The notes beneath the pieces were generated by a model. That model was not told where the DNA came from, ran no database searches, and was given only the letters and a program-made list of their open reading frames with translations. A stretch of DNA of 54,280 bases from Acidobacteriota bacterium. GTDB taxonomy: Bacteria > Acidobacteriota > Vicinamibacteria > Vicinamibacterales > CAVVIG01. The translations under genes and the position numbers were made by a program. The DNA is taken from NCBI GenBank assembly GCA_028876655.1, contig JAGWRA010000118.1, positions 1 to 54,280 on the forward strand. The letters are read 5' to 3'. Below, piece by piece: positions 1 to 8,722 of this stretch (position 1 is the stretch's first letter; each line of letters starts with the position of its first letter).

Positions 1-784
1 CCTCACCGTCGGGCAGACCGCGCGCATTCTCGGCGTCAGCCCGTCGACGCTGCGGCTCTGGGAGAGCGTCGGCCTGATCGCGCCGACGCGCAGCGGCGGG
101 CGCTACCGGCTGTACGGCCCCGAGCTCGTCAAGGTCCTGAAGCGGATCAAGTACCTGCGCGACGTCAAGCAGCTGAACGTGCCCGGCATCAAGCACGTGC
201 TCGGCCGCACGACGACGACCGACCGGAAGCGCAAGGCGCCGCGCGACGTCTCGCAGTTCGGCCCGAAGCTGCGCCGCATGCGGCTGAAGCGGGGGCTGAG
301 CCTGACCGAGGCCGCGCGCCGCGCGCAGGTCTCCACCGGGTTCCTGAGCGCGGTCGAGCGCCAGCGCGCCAACGCCTCGGTCGCCACGCTGCAGCGCCTG
401 GCCAGCACGTACGGCACCACGGTGGCCGCGCTCTTCAACCGGCCCCGCGTCTCCGGCCGCCTCGTCCGCCCGGCCGACCGCCGCGTGCTCGAGACGGAGT
501 CGGGCGTCCGGATGGAGTTCCTCTCGACCGGCACGACGATGCTCGAGTCGATGCTCTTCCGTGTGGCGCCGGGCGGTGGCAGCGACGGGTCGTACGCGCA
601 CCAGGGCGAGGAGTTCATCTACATGCTGAGCGGCACGCTCGAAATCTGGCTCGACGAGCTGGAGGGGACGACCCTCCACGCCGGCGACAGCTTCTGGTTC
701 GAGAGCACGCTCGGACACCGGTGGTTCAACCCGTCGAAGGAAGAGGCGGTGCTGCTGTGGATCAACACGCCGCCGACCTTCTGA
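1..784 (+). CDS. MerR-HTH / XRE-HTH / cupin fusion transcriptional regulator (5' end truncated by window)
   Basis: Frame 2 is open from base 2 and reads LTVGQTARILGVSPSTLRLWESVGLIAPTRSGGRYRLY (MerR HTH), upstream of the listed 179 start. It continues with GPKLRRMRLKRGLSLTEAARRAQVSTGFLSAVER (XRE HTH) and HQGEEFIYMLSG...HRWFN (cupin). Confidence 0.85.
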   Translation, partial: LTVGQTARILGVSPSTLRLWESVGLIAPTRSGGRYRLYGPELVKVLKRIKYLRDVKQLNVPGIKHVLGRTTTTDRKRKAPRDVSQFGPKLRRMRLKRGLSLTEAARRAQVSTGFLSAVERQRANASVATLQRLASTYGTTVAALFNRPRVSGRLVRPADRRVLETESGVRMEFLSTGTTMLESMLFRVAPGGGSDGSYAHQGEEFIYMLSGTLEIWLDELEGTTLHAGDSFWFESTLGHRWFNPSKEEAVLLWINTPPTF

Positions 785-806
785 TCGGAGAAGAGGAGCG
801 TCCGTG

Positions 807-1904
807 ATGAAGAGCATTGTTCTCGCGCGGGCCGCAGGCGCGGCCCTGCTGGCCGCCGCCTTCGTCGTTGGCGCGCCGGGCGCGCCCGTGCACGCCGCAG
901 CCGGCGTCGAGCCCCCGTCCGGCGGCGGCCTCACCGCCGTCGCCGGCATCAAGGTCGGCAGCGTCACGCTCACCGGCCGGCCGACCGGCTGCACCGTGAT
1001 TCTCGCGCCGCCCGACGGCGCCGTCGCCGGCGTCGACCAGCGCGGCGGCGCGCCCGGGACGCGCGAGCTCGGCCTGCTCAACCCGATCAACACGGTGCAG
1101 CGCGTGAACGCCATCGTGCTCTCCGGCGGCAGCGCGTTCGGCCTCGACGCCGCAACCGGCACGATGAAGTGGCTCGACGAGCACCATATCGGCTACGACG
1201 TCGGCATCACGCACGTGCCGATCGTGCCGTCGGCCATCCTCTTCGACCTCAACGTCGGCGGCAAACCGTCAATCCGCCCGACGGCCGACTGCGGCTACAA
1301 GGCGGCCGAGGCCGCCACCAGCGGTCCCGTGCAGGAGGGCAACGTCGGCGCCGGCGCGGGCGCCACGGTCGGCAAGCTCGGCGGCCCTGGCCGCGCGATG
1401 AAGGCCGGCCTCGGCTCGGCTGCCATCACGCTGCCCGACGGCCTCGTCGTCGCCGCCATCGTCGCGGTGAACGCCGTCGGCGACATCATCGATCCCACGA
1501 CCGGCCAGGTCGTCGCCGGCGTGCGGACGCCCGACGGCCTGCATCTCGCCGACGCGCGCAAGCTGATCCTGTCGGGCGCACTGATGCGGCCGCGCGGCCG
1601 GAGCGGCGAGAACACGACCATCGGCGTCGTCGTGACGAACGCGAAGCTGACGAAGGATGAAGTGACGAAGATGGCGCAGATGACGAGCGACGGCTACGGC
1701 CGCGCCATCTCGCCGGCGCACACGCCGGCCGACGGCGACACGGTGTTCGGCCTCGCCACCGGCACCTGGGACGGGCCGGCCAACGTGCTGGTCGTCGGCG
1801 CCCTCGCCGCCGACGCCATGGCGCGCGCCATCGTCCGCGCCGCGTACGAGGCGCGGAGCATCCCGGGCTACCCGGCGATGCGCGACCTCGGCAAAGTGAG
1901 ATGA
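807..1904 (+). CDS. Peptidase S58 (DmpA/NylC-like Ntn hydrolase) with signal peptide
   Basis: RGGAPGTRE, LSGGSAFGL, GNVGAGAG, GENTTIGVVVTNAKL and HTPADGD motifs; Ala-rich N-terminal signal; GAGGAG RBS. Start could be 804 (GTG) or 807. Confidence 0.85.
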   Translation: MKSIVLARAAGAALLAAAFVVGAPGAPVHAAAGVEPPSGGGLTAVAGIKVGSVTLTGRPTGCTVILAPPDGAVAGVDQRGGAPGTRELGLLNPINTVQRVNAIVLSGGSAFGLDAATGTMKWLDEHHIGYDVGITHVPIVPSAILFDLNVGGKPSIRPTADCGYKAAEAATSGPVQEGNVGAGAGATVGKLGGPGRAMKAGLGSAAITLPDGLVVAAIVAVNAVGDIIDPTTGQVVAGVRTPDGLHLADARKLILSGALMRPRGRSGENTTIGVVVTNAKLTKDEVTKMAQMTSDGYGRAISPAHTPADGDTVFGLATGTWDGPANVLVVGALAADAMARAIVRAAYEARSIPGYPAMRDLGKVR

Positions 1905-3322
1905 ACGTCCAGCTCGGCGCACTGCTCGTCTACTCGGCGGCGCTCATCCTGATCGGGCTGTGGGTCGGCCGCCGCGTGAAGGGGACCAGCGACTTCTTCG
2001 TCGCCGGCCGCCGCCTCGGTCCCGGCCTGCTGTTCTCGACGATGCTCGCGGCGAACATCGGGGCGGGATCGACCGTGGGCGCGGCGAGCCTGGGCTACCG
2101 CGACGGCCTCAGCGCCTGGTGGTGGGTCGGGTCGGCCGGCATCGGGTCGATCGTGCTGGCGTTCTGGATCGGGCCGGCGATCCGCCGCATCGCGCAGGCG
2201 CACGACCTGCGCACCGTCGGCGACTTCCTCGAGCATCGCTACGGGCGGAGCGCGCGGGCCATCATCGCCATCCTGCTGTGGGTCGGCACGCTCGCCATCC
2301 TCGCGGCCCAGCTGATTGCCGTCGCGACGATCCTGAACGTCATCATCGGCATTCCGAAATGGAGCGGCTGCCTCATCGGCGGCATCGTGATGACCGTGTA
2401 CTTCACCGCCGGCGGCCTGCTGACCTCGGCGTGGGTGAACCTCGTGGAGCTGGTCGTGCTGCTGCTCGGCTTCGCGGTGGCGATGCCGATCGCCCTGCAC
2501 GCCGTTGGCGGTCTCGGCGGCCTGGAGGCCGCGACTGCGACCGAGCCGCAGTTCTGGCAGTTCCTGCACGGCGGACGATCGGGGATTGCGTACCTGGCGA
2601 TGCTCGGCCCGGCGTTCATCATCTCGCCCGGGCTGCTGCAGAAGATCTACGGCGCGCGCGACGACCGCACCGTGCGGATCGGGGTCGGGTTGAACGGCGC
2701 GGTGCTGCTGCTGTTCGCGTTTGCGCCGGCGCTGCTGGGCATGATCGCGCGGGCACTGCATCCCGGCCTGCCGACGATCGATCTGGCGCTGCCGACGCTG
2801 CTGATGCGCGACATGCCGCCGGTGGTCGGCAGCCTCGGTCTCGCGGCTTTGTTCTCCGCGGAAGTGAGCTCGGCCGACGCCATCCTCTTCATGCTGTCCA
2901 CCTCGCTGTCGCAGGATCTCTACCGCCGGTTCGTGAACCCGGGCGCGAGCGACACGACCGTGCTGAAGGTGGCGCGGTGGGCGGCGGTGGTCGGGGGCGC
3001 CGCCGGCGTCGTCCTCGCGATCGTCTCGGCCACCATCATCGGGACACTCAGCATCTTCTACACGCTGCTCAGCGTCAGCTTGTTCGTGCCGATCCTGGCG
3101 GGCCTCTACTGGCGCCGCGCCGGGCTGCCGGAGGCCCTCGCGTCGATCGGCGTGGGCGTCGGCTGCCTGCTCGCCGTGCAGCTCGCCACCGGCGGGCGCG
3201 GCGTCGGCCCGCTGACGCCCGACATGCTCGGGCTGATCGCCTCCGCACTCGGCTTCCTCTTCGTCCTCGCCAGCCGCCGGCCGCAGAGCGGACGCGGGCC
3301 CGGGCTGGCGGTCAATCAGTGA
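1901..3322 (+). CDS. Sodium:solute symporter family protein
   Basis: DFFVAGRRLG, TVGDFLEHRYG, YFTAGGL and SSADAILF motifs; many hydrophobic segments; ATGA overlap with the upstream gene. Confidence 0.9.
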   Translation: MNVQLGALLVYSAALILIGLWVGRRVKGTSDFFVAGRRLGPGLLFSTMLAANIGAGSTVGAASLGYRDGLSAWWWVGSAGIGSIVLAFWIGPAIRRIAQAHDLRTVGDFLEHRYGRSARAIIAILLWVGTLAILAAQLIAVATILNVIIGIPKWSGCLIGGIVMTVYFTAGGLLTSAWVNLVELVVLLLGFAVAMPIALHAVGGLGGLEAATATEPQFWQFLHGGRSGIAYLAMLGPAFIISPGLLQKIYGARDDRTVRIGVGLNGAVLLLFAFAPALLGMIARALHPGLPTIDLALPTLLMRDMPPVVGSLGLAALFSAEVSSADAILFMLSTSLSQDLYRRFVNPGASDTTVLKVARWAAVVGGAAGVVLAIVSATIIGTLSIFYTLLSVSLFVPILAGLYWRRAGLPEALASIGVGVGCLLAVQLATGGRGVGPLTPDMLGLIASALGFLFVLASRRPQSGRGPGLAVNQ

Positions 3323-3333
3323 AAGGATCGGGC

Positions 3334-4128
3334 ATGCGGGATCACGGGCTCTTCGGACTCCAGGACCGGACGATCGTCGTCATCGGCGCCGGCTCGGGCA
3401 TCGGCGAGGCGATTGCCGTCGCGTGCGGCCGGCAGGGAGCGCACGTCGTCTGTGCCGACATGAACGAACCGGCGGCACAGGCCGCCGCCGCGCGCGTGCA
3501 GGAGACCGGCAGCACGGCGGAAGCGGCCGCGCTCGACATCCGCCACGCGCAAGCGGTCGCCGAGCTGTTCGACCGGCTGCGGCTGCAGCGGGGCCGGCTC
3601 GACGGCGTGGTGTCGACGCCGGGCATCAACGTGCGCAAGCCGCTCGCCGCGTACAGCGAAGAGGAGTTCGACCGGGTCGTCACGGTGAACCTCAAGGGGG
3701 CGTTCAACGTGATCCGCGAGGCCGGGCGCGTGATGGCCGAAGAGCGGCGCGGCAGCATCGTGATGTTCTCCTCCATCCGCGCGCTCACCGTGGAGCCCGG
3801 GCAGAGCGTGTACGCCGCGACGAAGGCCGGTGTGGTGCAGCTGGTGCGGACGGCGGCCGCCGAGCTGGGCCCGGCGGGCGTGCGGGTGAACGCGATCGCG
3901 CCGGGCGTCGTCGAGACGCCGCTGACGGCGCCCATCAAGGCGCACCCGGCGTGGTACGACGCCTACGCGCAGAAGAACGCGCTGAAGCGCTGGGCCACGG
4001 CCGACGAGATGGCCGGCCCTGCGGTGTTCCTCCTGTCTGACGCCGCCAGCTACGTGACCGGCAGCCAACTGCTCGTCGATGGCGGCTGGACGGCGGTCGA
4101 CGGACGGTTCCAGCCACCGGGCATGTAA
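3334..4128 (+). CDS. SDR family NAD(P)-dependent oxidoreductase
   Basis: C-terminal part of ORF 1960..4128; GAGSGIG, YAATK catalytic motif, VRVNAIAPG, VDGG; AAAGGA RBS before ATG 3334. Confidence 0.92.
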   Translation: MRDHGLFGLQDRTIVVIGAGSGIGEAIAVACGRQGAHVVCADMNEPAAQAAAARVQETGSTAEAAALDIRHAQAVAELFDRLRLQRGRLDGVVSTPGINVRKPLAAYSEEEFDRVVTVNLKGAFNVIREAGRVMAEERRGSIVMFSSIRALTVEPGQSVYAATKAGVVQLVRTAAAELGPAGVRVNAIAPGVVETPLTAPIKAHPAWYDAYAQKNALKRWATADEMAGPAVFLLSDAASYVTGSQLLVDGGWTAVDGRFQPPGM

Positions 4129-4169
4129 CAATGTCCACCTGCCATTCCAAGTGGCCACGCCATGAATAG

Positions 4170-4232
4170 CAGGATCCGGAGCGTCAGCGACGGCTGCGCA
4201 TGGGGGTGGGGCCCCATGCGGATCAAGGAATG
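4170..4232 (+). repeat. Dispersed palindromic repeat, family A (copy 1)
   Basis: GGATCCGGAGCGTCAGCGACGGC...CGCATGGGGGTGGGGCCCCATGCG...AAGGAATG; the same core recurs at six other intergenic sites. Confidence 0.85.
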
Positions 4233-5297
4233 ATGTCTCCCACCACCCACCGCATCGCCGTCATCGCCGGTGACGGCATCGGACGCGAAGTGACGCCCCC
4301 TGCGCTGGCGGCAGCCGCGGCCGCCGTCCGGCCGCAGGGGATCGGCTTCGAGTTCGTCGAGTTCCCCTGGGGCTGCGACCACTACCTGAAGACGGGCCGG
4401 ATGATGGACGCCGACGGCCTCGATCAACTGCGGCACTTCGACGCAATCTATCTGGGCGCCATCGGCGCACCGGCGGTGCCGGATCACGTGTCGATCTGGG
4501 AGCTGATCCTGCCGATCCGGCAGCGGTTCGATCAATACGTGAACCTGCGCCCGATGCGGCTGCTGCCCGGCGTCACCGGTCCGCTGGCGGGGCGTGGCCC
4601 GGCGGACATCGACATGATCTGCGTGCGCGAGAACTCGGAGGGCGAATACGCGGGCGCCGGCCGGATCGACCATCCCGGCACGCCGGACGAGCGAGCGGAG
4701 CAGACCGGCGTCTTCACGCGGCGCGGCATCGAGCGGATCGTCCGCTACGCCTTCGAGCTGGCGGCGCGGCGGCCGCGGCGCCTGCTGGCGAGCGCCACGA
4801 AGTCGAACGCGCTGCAGTACTCGATGGTGCTCTGGGACGAAGTGGTCGCCGGCCTCCAGCCGGAGTATCCGGCGGTCACCGTGCAGAAGTACCACGTGGA
4901 CGCGCTCGCCGCCCGGATGGTGACCAATCCCGGCAGCCTCGACGTGATTGTCGGATCGAACCTGTTCGGCGACATCCTCACCGATCTCGGCGCCGCCATC
5001 TCGGGCAGCCTCGGCCTCGCACCCGGCGCGAACATCAATCCGGAGCGGAGGTTTCCGTCGATGTTCGAGCCGATCCACGGCTCGGCCCCCGACATCGCGG
5101 GCAAGGGGATCGCCAACCCCATCGGCGCCATCTGGGCCGCAGCGCTGATGCTCGACCACCTCGGCCATGGCGAGGCGTCACAGCGGATCGTGCGGGCCAT
5201 CGAAGGCGTGCTGGCCGGCGGGCGGGTCCGGACGCCCGATCTCGGCGGCACGGCAAAGACCGCCGACATGACAGGAGCGATCCTCGGCCGCCTGTGA
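4230..5297 (+). CDS. Tartrate dehydrogenase / isopropylmalate dehydrogenase family
   Basis: IAVIAGDGIGREV, RQRFDQYVNLRP, RENSEGEY, SATKSN, NLFGDILTD and FEPIHGSAPDIAG motifs. Start is 4230 or 4233. Confidence 0.9.
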   Translation: MMSPTTHRIAVIAGDGIGREVTPPALAAAAAAVRPQGIGFEFVEFPWGCDHYLKTGRMMDADGLDQLRHFDAIYLGAIGAPAVPDHVSIWELILPIRQRFDQYVNLRPMRLLPGVTGPLAGRGPADIDMICVRENSEGEYAGAGRIDHPGTPDERAEQTGVFTRRGIERIVRYAFELAARRPRRLLASATKSNALQYSMVLWDEVVAGLQPEYPAVTVQKYHVDALAARMVTNPGSLDVIVGSNLFGDILTDLGAAISGSLGLAPGANINPERRFPSMFEPIHGSAPDIAGKGIANPIGAIWAAALMLDHLGHGEASQRIVRAIEGVLAGGRVRTPDLGGTAKTADMTGAILGRL

Positions 5298-5304
5298 TCT
5301 CTCA

Positions 5305-5473
5305 CAGGAGAGGTAGGAGACCAGGAGGTTCTTCACAGGAGGGCAGGAGATCAGGAGAGGTTTCCATATGGATTTCCTCCCCCCTTTGAGAACCTCCTGG
5401 CCTCCTGACCCTCCTGTTGGCTCGTCCTCCTGACCTCCTGTCCTCCTGTTGGTCAGTCCTCCTGAGCTCCTGC
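5305..5473. repeat. Inverted array of CAGGAG / CTCCTG short repeats
   Basis: Several (C)AGGAG units followed by several CTCCTG units, wholly intergenic. Confidence 0.85.
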
Positions 5474-5587
5474 CCTGCCGGAGCGGTGCGGCAGCGATTT
5501 TCGGGGCCGCGCGGACTGTGATACAACCGCAAAGCGAGAGTATCCGCGCGCGCGTCGCGCGCGGCCTCGCCGCGGAGACCCGTCGAC

Positions 5588-6289
5588 ATGTCAGACCAGC
5601 CGGAGACCGATCACGAAGCCGCCCCGGAGGAGTTCCCGGCACGCCCCGCCGTCCCGCGCACGGGACCGCCCTGGGAGATGCCGGGGCCGGCGGGCCACCG
5701 GTTCATGGAGACCGCCAAGGCCGTGCTGCTGGCCCCCACGGCGATGTTCCAGCAGATGCGCCGCGACGGCGGCGTGGGGACGCCCCTCGGCTTCGGCGTC
5801 GTCGGCAGCACGATCGGCTTCGCGCTCGGCGTGATCATCCAGCTCGCCATCACCCTGCTCACGCCAGCCGAGAACCCGGTGACGCGGCCGCTCATCGGCG
5901 TCACCGTGTTCATGTTCCTGCTGCTCCTGCCCTTCATCCTCGCGATCAGCCTGCTGTTCACGGCGGCGCTCTACCACTTGATGCTCAGGATCCTGGGGGC
6001 CGCCCGCCATCCGTTCGAGACGACGCTTCGCGTCGTCTGCTACGTGTACGGCAGCACGAGCCTCCTGCAGATCTTCCCCGTGTGCGGTGGATTCGTCGGC
6101 TTCATCTATTCGATGTTCCTGATGGTGATCGGCCTCACACACGCGCAGGAGACGACGGCGGGCAAGGCGGCGGTCGCGACGCTCGTGCCGGTCCTCATCA
6201 TGACGCTGCTGGCCCTGGTGTCGCTCGCCAGCCTGATCAGCCATGGCGGCGGGCTGCCCGGGCTGCCGGGGATCGGACAGAGCGTGTGA
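5588..6289 (+). CDS. YIP1 family membrane protein
   Basis: PPWE...F.ETAKAVLLAP..MF and FETTLRVVCY motifs; about 5 hydrophobic helices; GGAG RBS. Confidence 0.75.
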   Translation: MSDQPETDHEAAPEEFPARPAVPRTGPPWEMPGPAGHRFMETAKAVLLAPTAMFQQMRRDGGVGTPLGFGVVGSTIGFALGVIIQLAITLLTPAENPVTRPLIGVTVFMFLLLLPFILAISLLFTAALYHLMLRILGAARHPFETTLRVVCYVYGSTSLLQIFPVCGGFVGFIYSMFLMVIGLTHAQETTAGKAAVATLVPVLIMTLLALVSLASLISHGGGLPGLPGIGQSV

Positions 6290-6708
6290 CCCTGCACTGG
6301 CGGCGTGCCGCTCCCGGGGCGCCGGATGCCGAACTGGCCTGCGCCTCGGTCGTCACGGCGGCGGCCGCGATGGCCGCCGGGTGGCTCCATTGGCTGGGTT
6401 TCCCGCCGATCGCCTGCCCGCTGCGGGCGGCCACCGGCATTCCGTGCCCGACCTGCGGCGCAACACACGCCTTCGCGGCGCTCGTCGACGGCCATCTCGC
6501 GGCGAGCTTCTGGTTCAACCCGGCCGTCCCGATCGCGGCCGCGGTCGCACTGGTCTTCGTCCCATACACCTTCGCGACGAGCGCGTTCGGCCTGCCGCGG
6601 CTGCGCCTCGATCTGAACGCCGCCGAGCGCCGCGCGCTGAAGGGCGTGGGCTGGCTCGCCCTGGTCGCGCTGTGGGCGTTCCTGGTCGTGACGACACGGG
6701 GAGCGTGA
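6286..6708 (+). CDS. DUF2752 domain membrane protein
   Basis: CPLRAATGIPCPTCGAT...FNP signature in the C-terminus of ORF 5449..6708; GTG start overlaps the YIP1 stop (GTGA). Confidence 0.85.
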   Translation: MTLHWRRAAPGAPDAELACASVVTAAAAMAAGWLHWLGFPPIACPLRAATGIPCPTCGATHAFAALVDGHLAASFWFNPAVPIAAAVALVFVPYTFATSAFGLPRLRLDLNAAERRALKGVGWLALVALWAFLVVTTRGA

Positions 6709-6710
6709 GG

Positions 6711-6772
6711 GCATTATTCAATCGCGCGGGGCCCCACCCCCGCGCTCGCCGTCGCTGACGCTCCGGATCCTG
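6711..6772 (-). repeat. Dispersed palindromic repeat, family A (copy 2)
   Basis: Reverse complement reads CAGGATCCGGAGCGTCAGCGACGGCGAGCGCGGGGGTGGGGCCCCGCGCGATTGAATAATGC. Confidence 0.88.
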
Positions 6773-6823
6773 ATCACTAGGCCGTTGCCGCCTGGAGCGG
6801 CAAGCGAAGCAGGCCGTTTCCCC

Positions 6824-7720
6824 ATGAACGACGCCCACTGCCACTTCTTCTCACCGCACTTCTTCGACGTGCTCGCCCGGTCGATGCCGCAGCCGCCGCA
6901 GGACCCGGCGCACGCGCTCCCGGCCCGGCTCGGCTGGGATCCCCCCGGGTCGCCGGAGGCACTGGCCGATCGCTGGATCGCGGAGCTCGACCGGTACAGC
7001 GTCCAGCGCGCGGCCCTGATGGCGAGCGTCCCGGGCGACGAGAGCTCCATCGCCGCTGCCGTCGCCCGTTATCCGGATCGCCTCGTCGGCTTCTTCATGT
7101 TCGACCCGACGACGCCCGACGCGCAGGCGCGCCTGGCGGGGGCGTTCGACAACCTGGGGCTGCGCGGCGTCTGTCTGTTCCCGGCGATGTACCGGCATCC
7201 GCTGTACGACGAGCGGGCGATGCGGGTCTTCGAGGCCGCGGCCGCGCGGCCGGGCACGGTCGTCTTCGTGCACTGCGGCGCGTTGTCGGTGGGGGTGCGG
7301 AAGAAGCTCGGGCTGCCGAACCGGTTCGAGACCCGCTTCGGCAACCCGCTGGACCTGCAGGCGGCGGCCTCGACCTGGCCGGACCTGCCGATCGTCGTGC
7401 CACATTTCGGGGCCGGTCTGTTCCGCGAGGCGCTGATGCTGGCCGATCTCTGCCCGAACGTGCTGCTCGACACCTCGAGCTCGAACGGGTGGATGAAGTA
7501 CATCCCCGGGCTGACCTTGCGGGAGGTCTTCCGGCAGGCGCTGGCGGTCGCAGGGCCCGGGCGGCTGATCTTCGGGACCGACTCGTCGTTCTTCCCCCGC
7601 GGGTGGCAACGGCCGCTCTACGACGCGCAGCAGGCCGTCCTCGACGATCTCGGCGTGGACGCCGCCGGCCGACAGCAGATCTTCCACGACAACTTCGATC
7701 GGCTGCTGCCGCGGCGCTGA
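6824..7720 (+). CDS. Amidohydrolase_2 family metal-dependent hydrolase
   Basis: DAHCH, VFVHCG, VPHFG, LLDTS and LIFGTDS motifs. Confidence 0.85.
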   Translation: MNDAHCHFFSPHFFDVLARSMPQPPQDPAHALPARLGWDPPGSPEALADRWIAELDRYSVQRAALMASVPGDESSIAAAVARYPDRLVGFFMFDPTTPDAQARLAGAFDNLGLRGVCLFPAMYRHPLYDERAMRVFEAAAARPGTVVFVHCGALSVGVRKKLGLPNRFETRFGNPLDLQAAASTWPDLPIVVPHFGAGLFREALMLADLCPNVLLDTSSSNGWMKYIPGLTLREVFRQALAVAGPGRLIFGTDSSFFPRGWQRPLYDAQQAVLDDLGVDAAGRQQIFHDNFDRLLPRR

Positions 7721-7729
7721 CGCCCGCGG

Positions 7730-8644
7730 TCAGGCCTTCGCGTTCAGCTCGTCGTAGGCCACGCCGAGCACGGCGCCGAGCGTGAGGGTCTTCGACGGCG
7801 CCTCGAAATCCTCGAATCCCGGCAGCACGTCCAGCTTCGTGATCTCGTCCTTCGACTGCCCGCGTTCCATCCCGCGGCGGACGTAGTCGAGCACGGCCGT
7901 GAAGTAGTCGCGGAAGTGCAGCACGTCCGCCTGCGTCCCGGTGACGCTCGCGCCGGGCTTCGCGTGGCCGAAGATGTAGATCGTGTCGGCAGGATACCGG
8001 GCCGTGACCTGGCCGAGGGTCGTCACCCAGTTGACGATCGACGCGCCGTAGGGCCGATCGACGAACGGGTGCCAGCGGTTCCACACCAGGTCGCCCATGT
8101 GCACGACGCCGGCGTTCTGGAACGTCACGACGATGTCGGCGCCGGTGTGGCCCGGCCCGTAGTAGTGGGCCAGCACCGTCTCGCTCGTCAGCACCATCTT
8201 CCAGTCGGTGTCGAACAGCGTGTCCGGGTACACCTGCGTGGCGGTCGTGCTCGTCTGCACGGCGTAGCGCCGCTGCAGCGCGGGTTCGCCGCGCTGCGCC
8301 ACGATCTGCGTGACGGCGGGCCGGAAGATCGGGTTGCCGGCCGTGTGATCGACGTGGTGGTGGGTGTTCAGCAGGAAGTCGATCGGGTGGGCCGCGCGGC
8401 TCCGCAGGCCCGCGAGACAGGCCTTCGCGGTGTCGGGATACTGGCTGTCGACCACCACGGTGTTGTCGCGCGTGATCACCCAGCCGATCGTGCCGCCACG
8501 GCCGGTGAAGATGCCGGCTCCACCCCGCAGATCCTGGAACTTCGTCGCCGGCGCCTCCTGCGCCCGCAAACGGAGATCCCCGGCACACGCGGCGCCGATC
8601 GCCAGCGACGAGACGGCGAGAAATCCGCGGCGGCTGATCTCCAT
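7730..8644 (-). CDS. Tat-exported MBL-fold metallo-hydrolase (cyclase-like)
   Basis: SRRGFL Tat motif; THHHVDHT, GHT, HMGD and FGH metal ligands; GGGAGG RBS. Confidence 0.88.
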   Translation of the reverse strand: MEISRRGFLAVSSLAIGAACAGDLRLRAQEAPATKFQDLRGGAGIFTGRGGTIGWVITRDNTVVVDSQYPDTAKACLAGLRSRAAHPIDFLLNTHHHVDHTAGNPIFRPAVTQIVAQRGEPALQRRYAVQTSTTATQVYPDTLFDTDWKMVLTSETVLAHYYGPGHTGADIVVTFQNAGVVHMGDLVWNRWHPFVDRPYGASIVNWVTTLGQVTARYPADTIYIFGHAKPGASVTGTQADVLHFRDYFTAVLDYVRRGMERGQSKDEITKLDVLPGFEDFEAPSKTLTLGAVLGVAYDELNAKA

Positions 8645-8722
8645 GACGGCCCTCCCTCGAGCGCGCGGCTGCGCGCCGCCAGCATTAGAACGGGCGGGTC
8701 GCCGCCGGGTCAAGTCGACCGT

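Noticed and set aside
5305-5473. Possible CRISPR array
   Set aside because: The units are about 6 nt and inverted, with no constant 23-47-nt repeat, no unique spacers and no cas genes.
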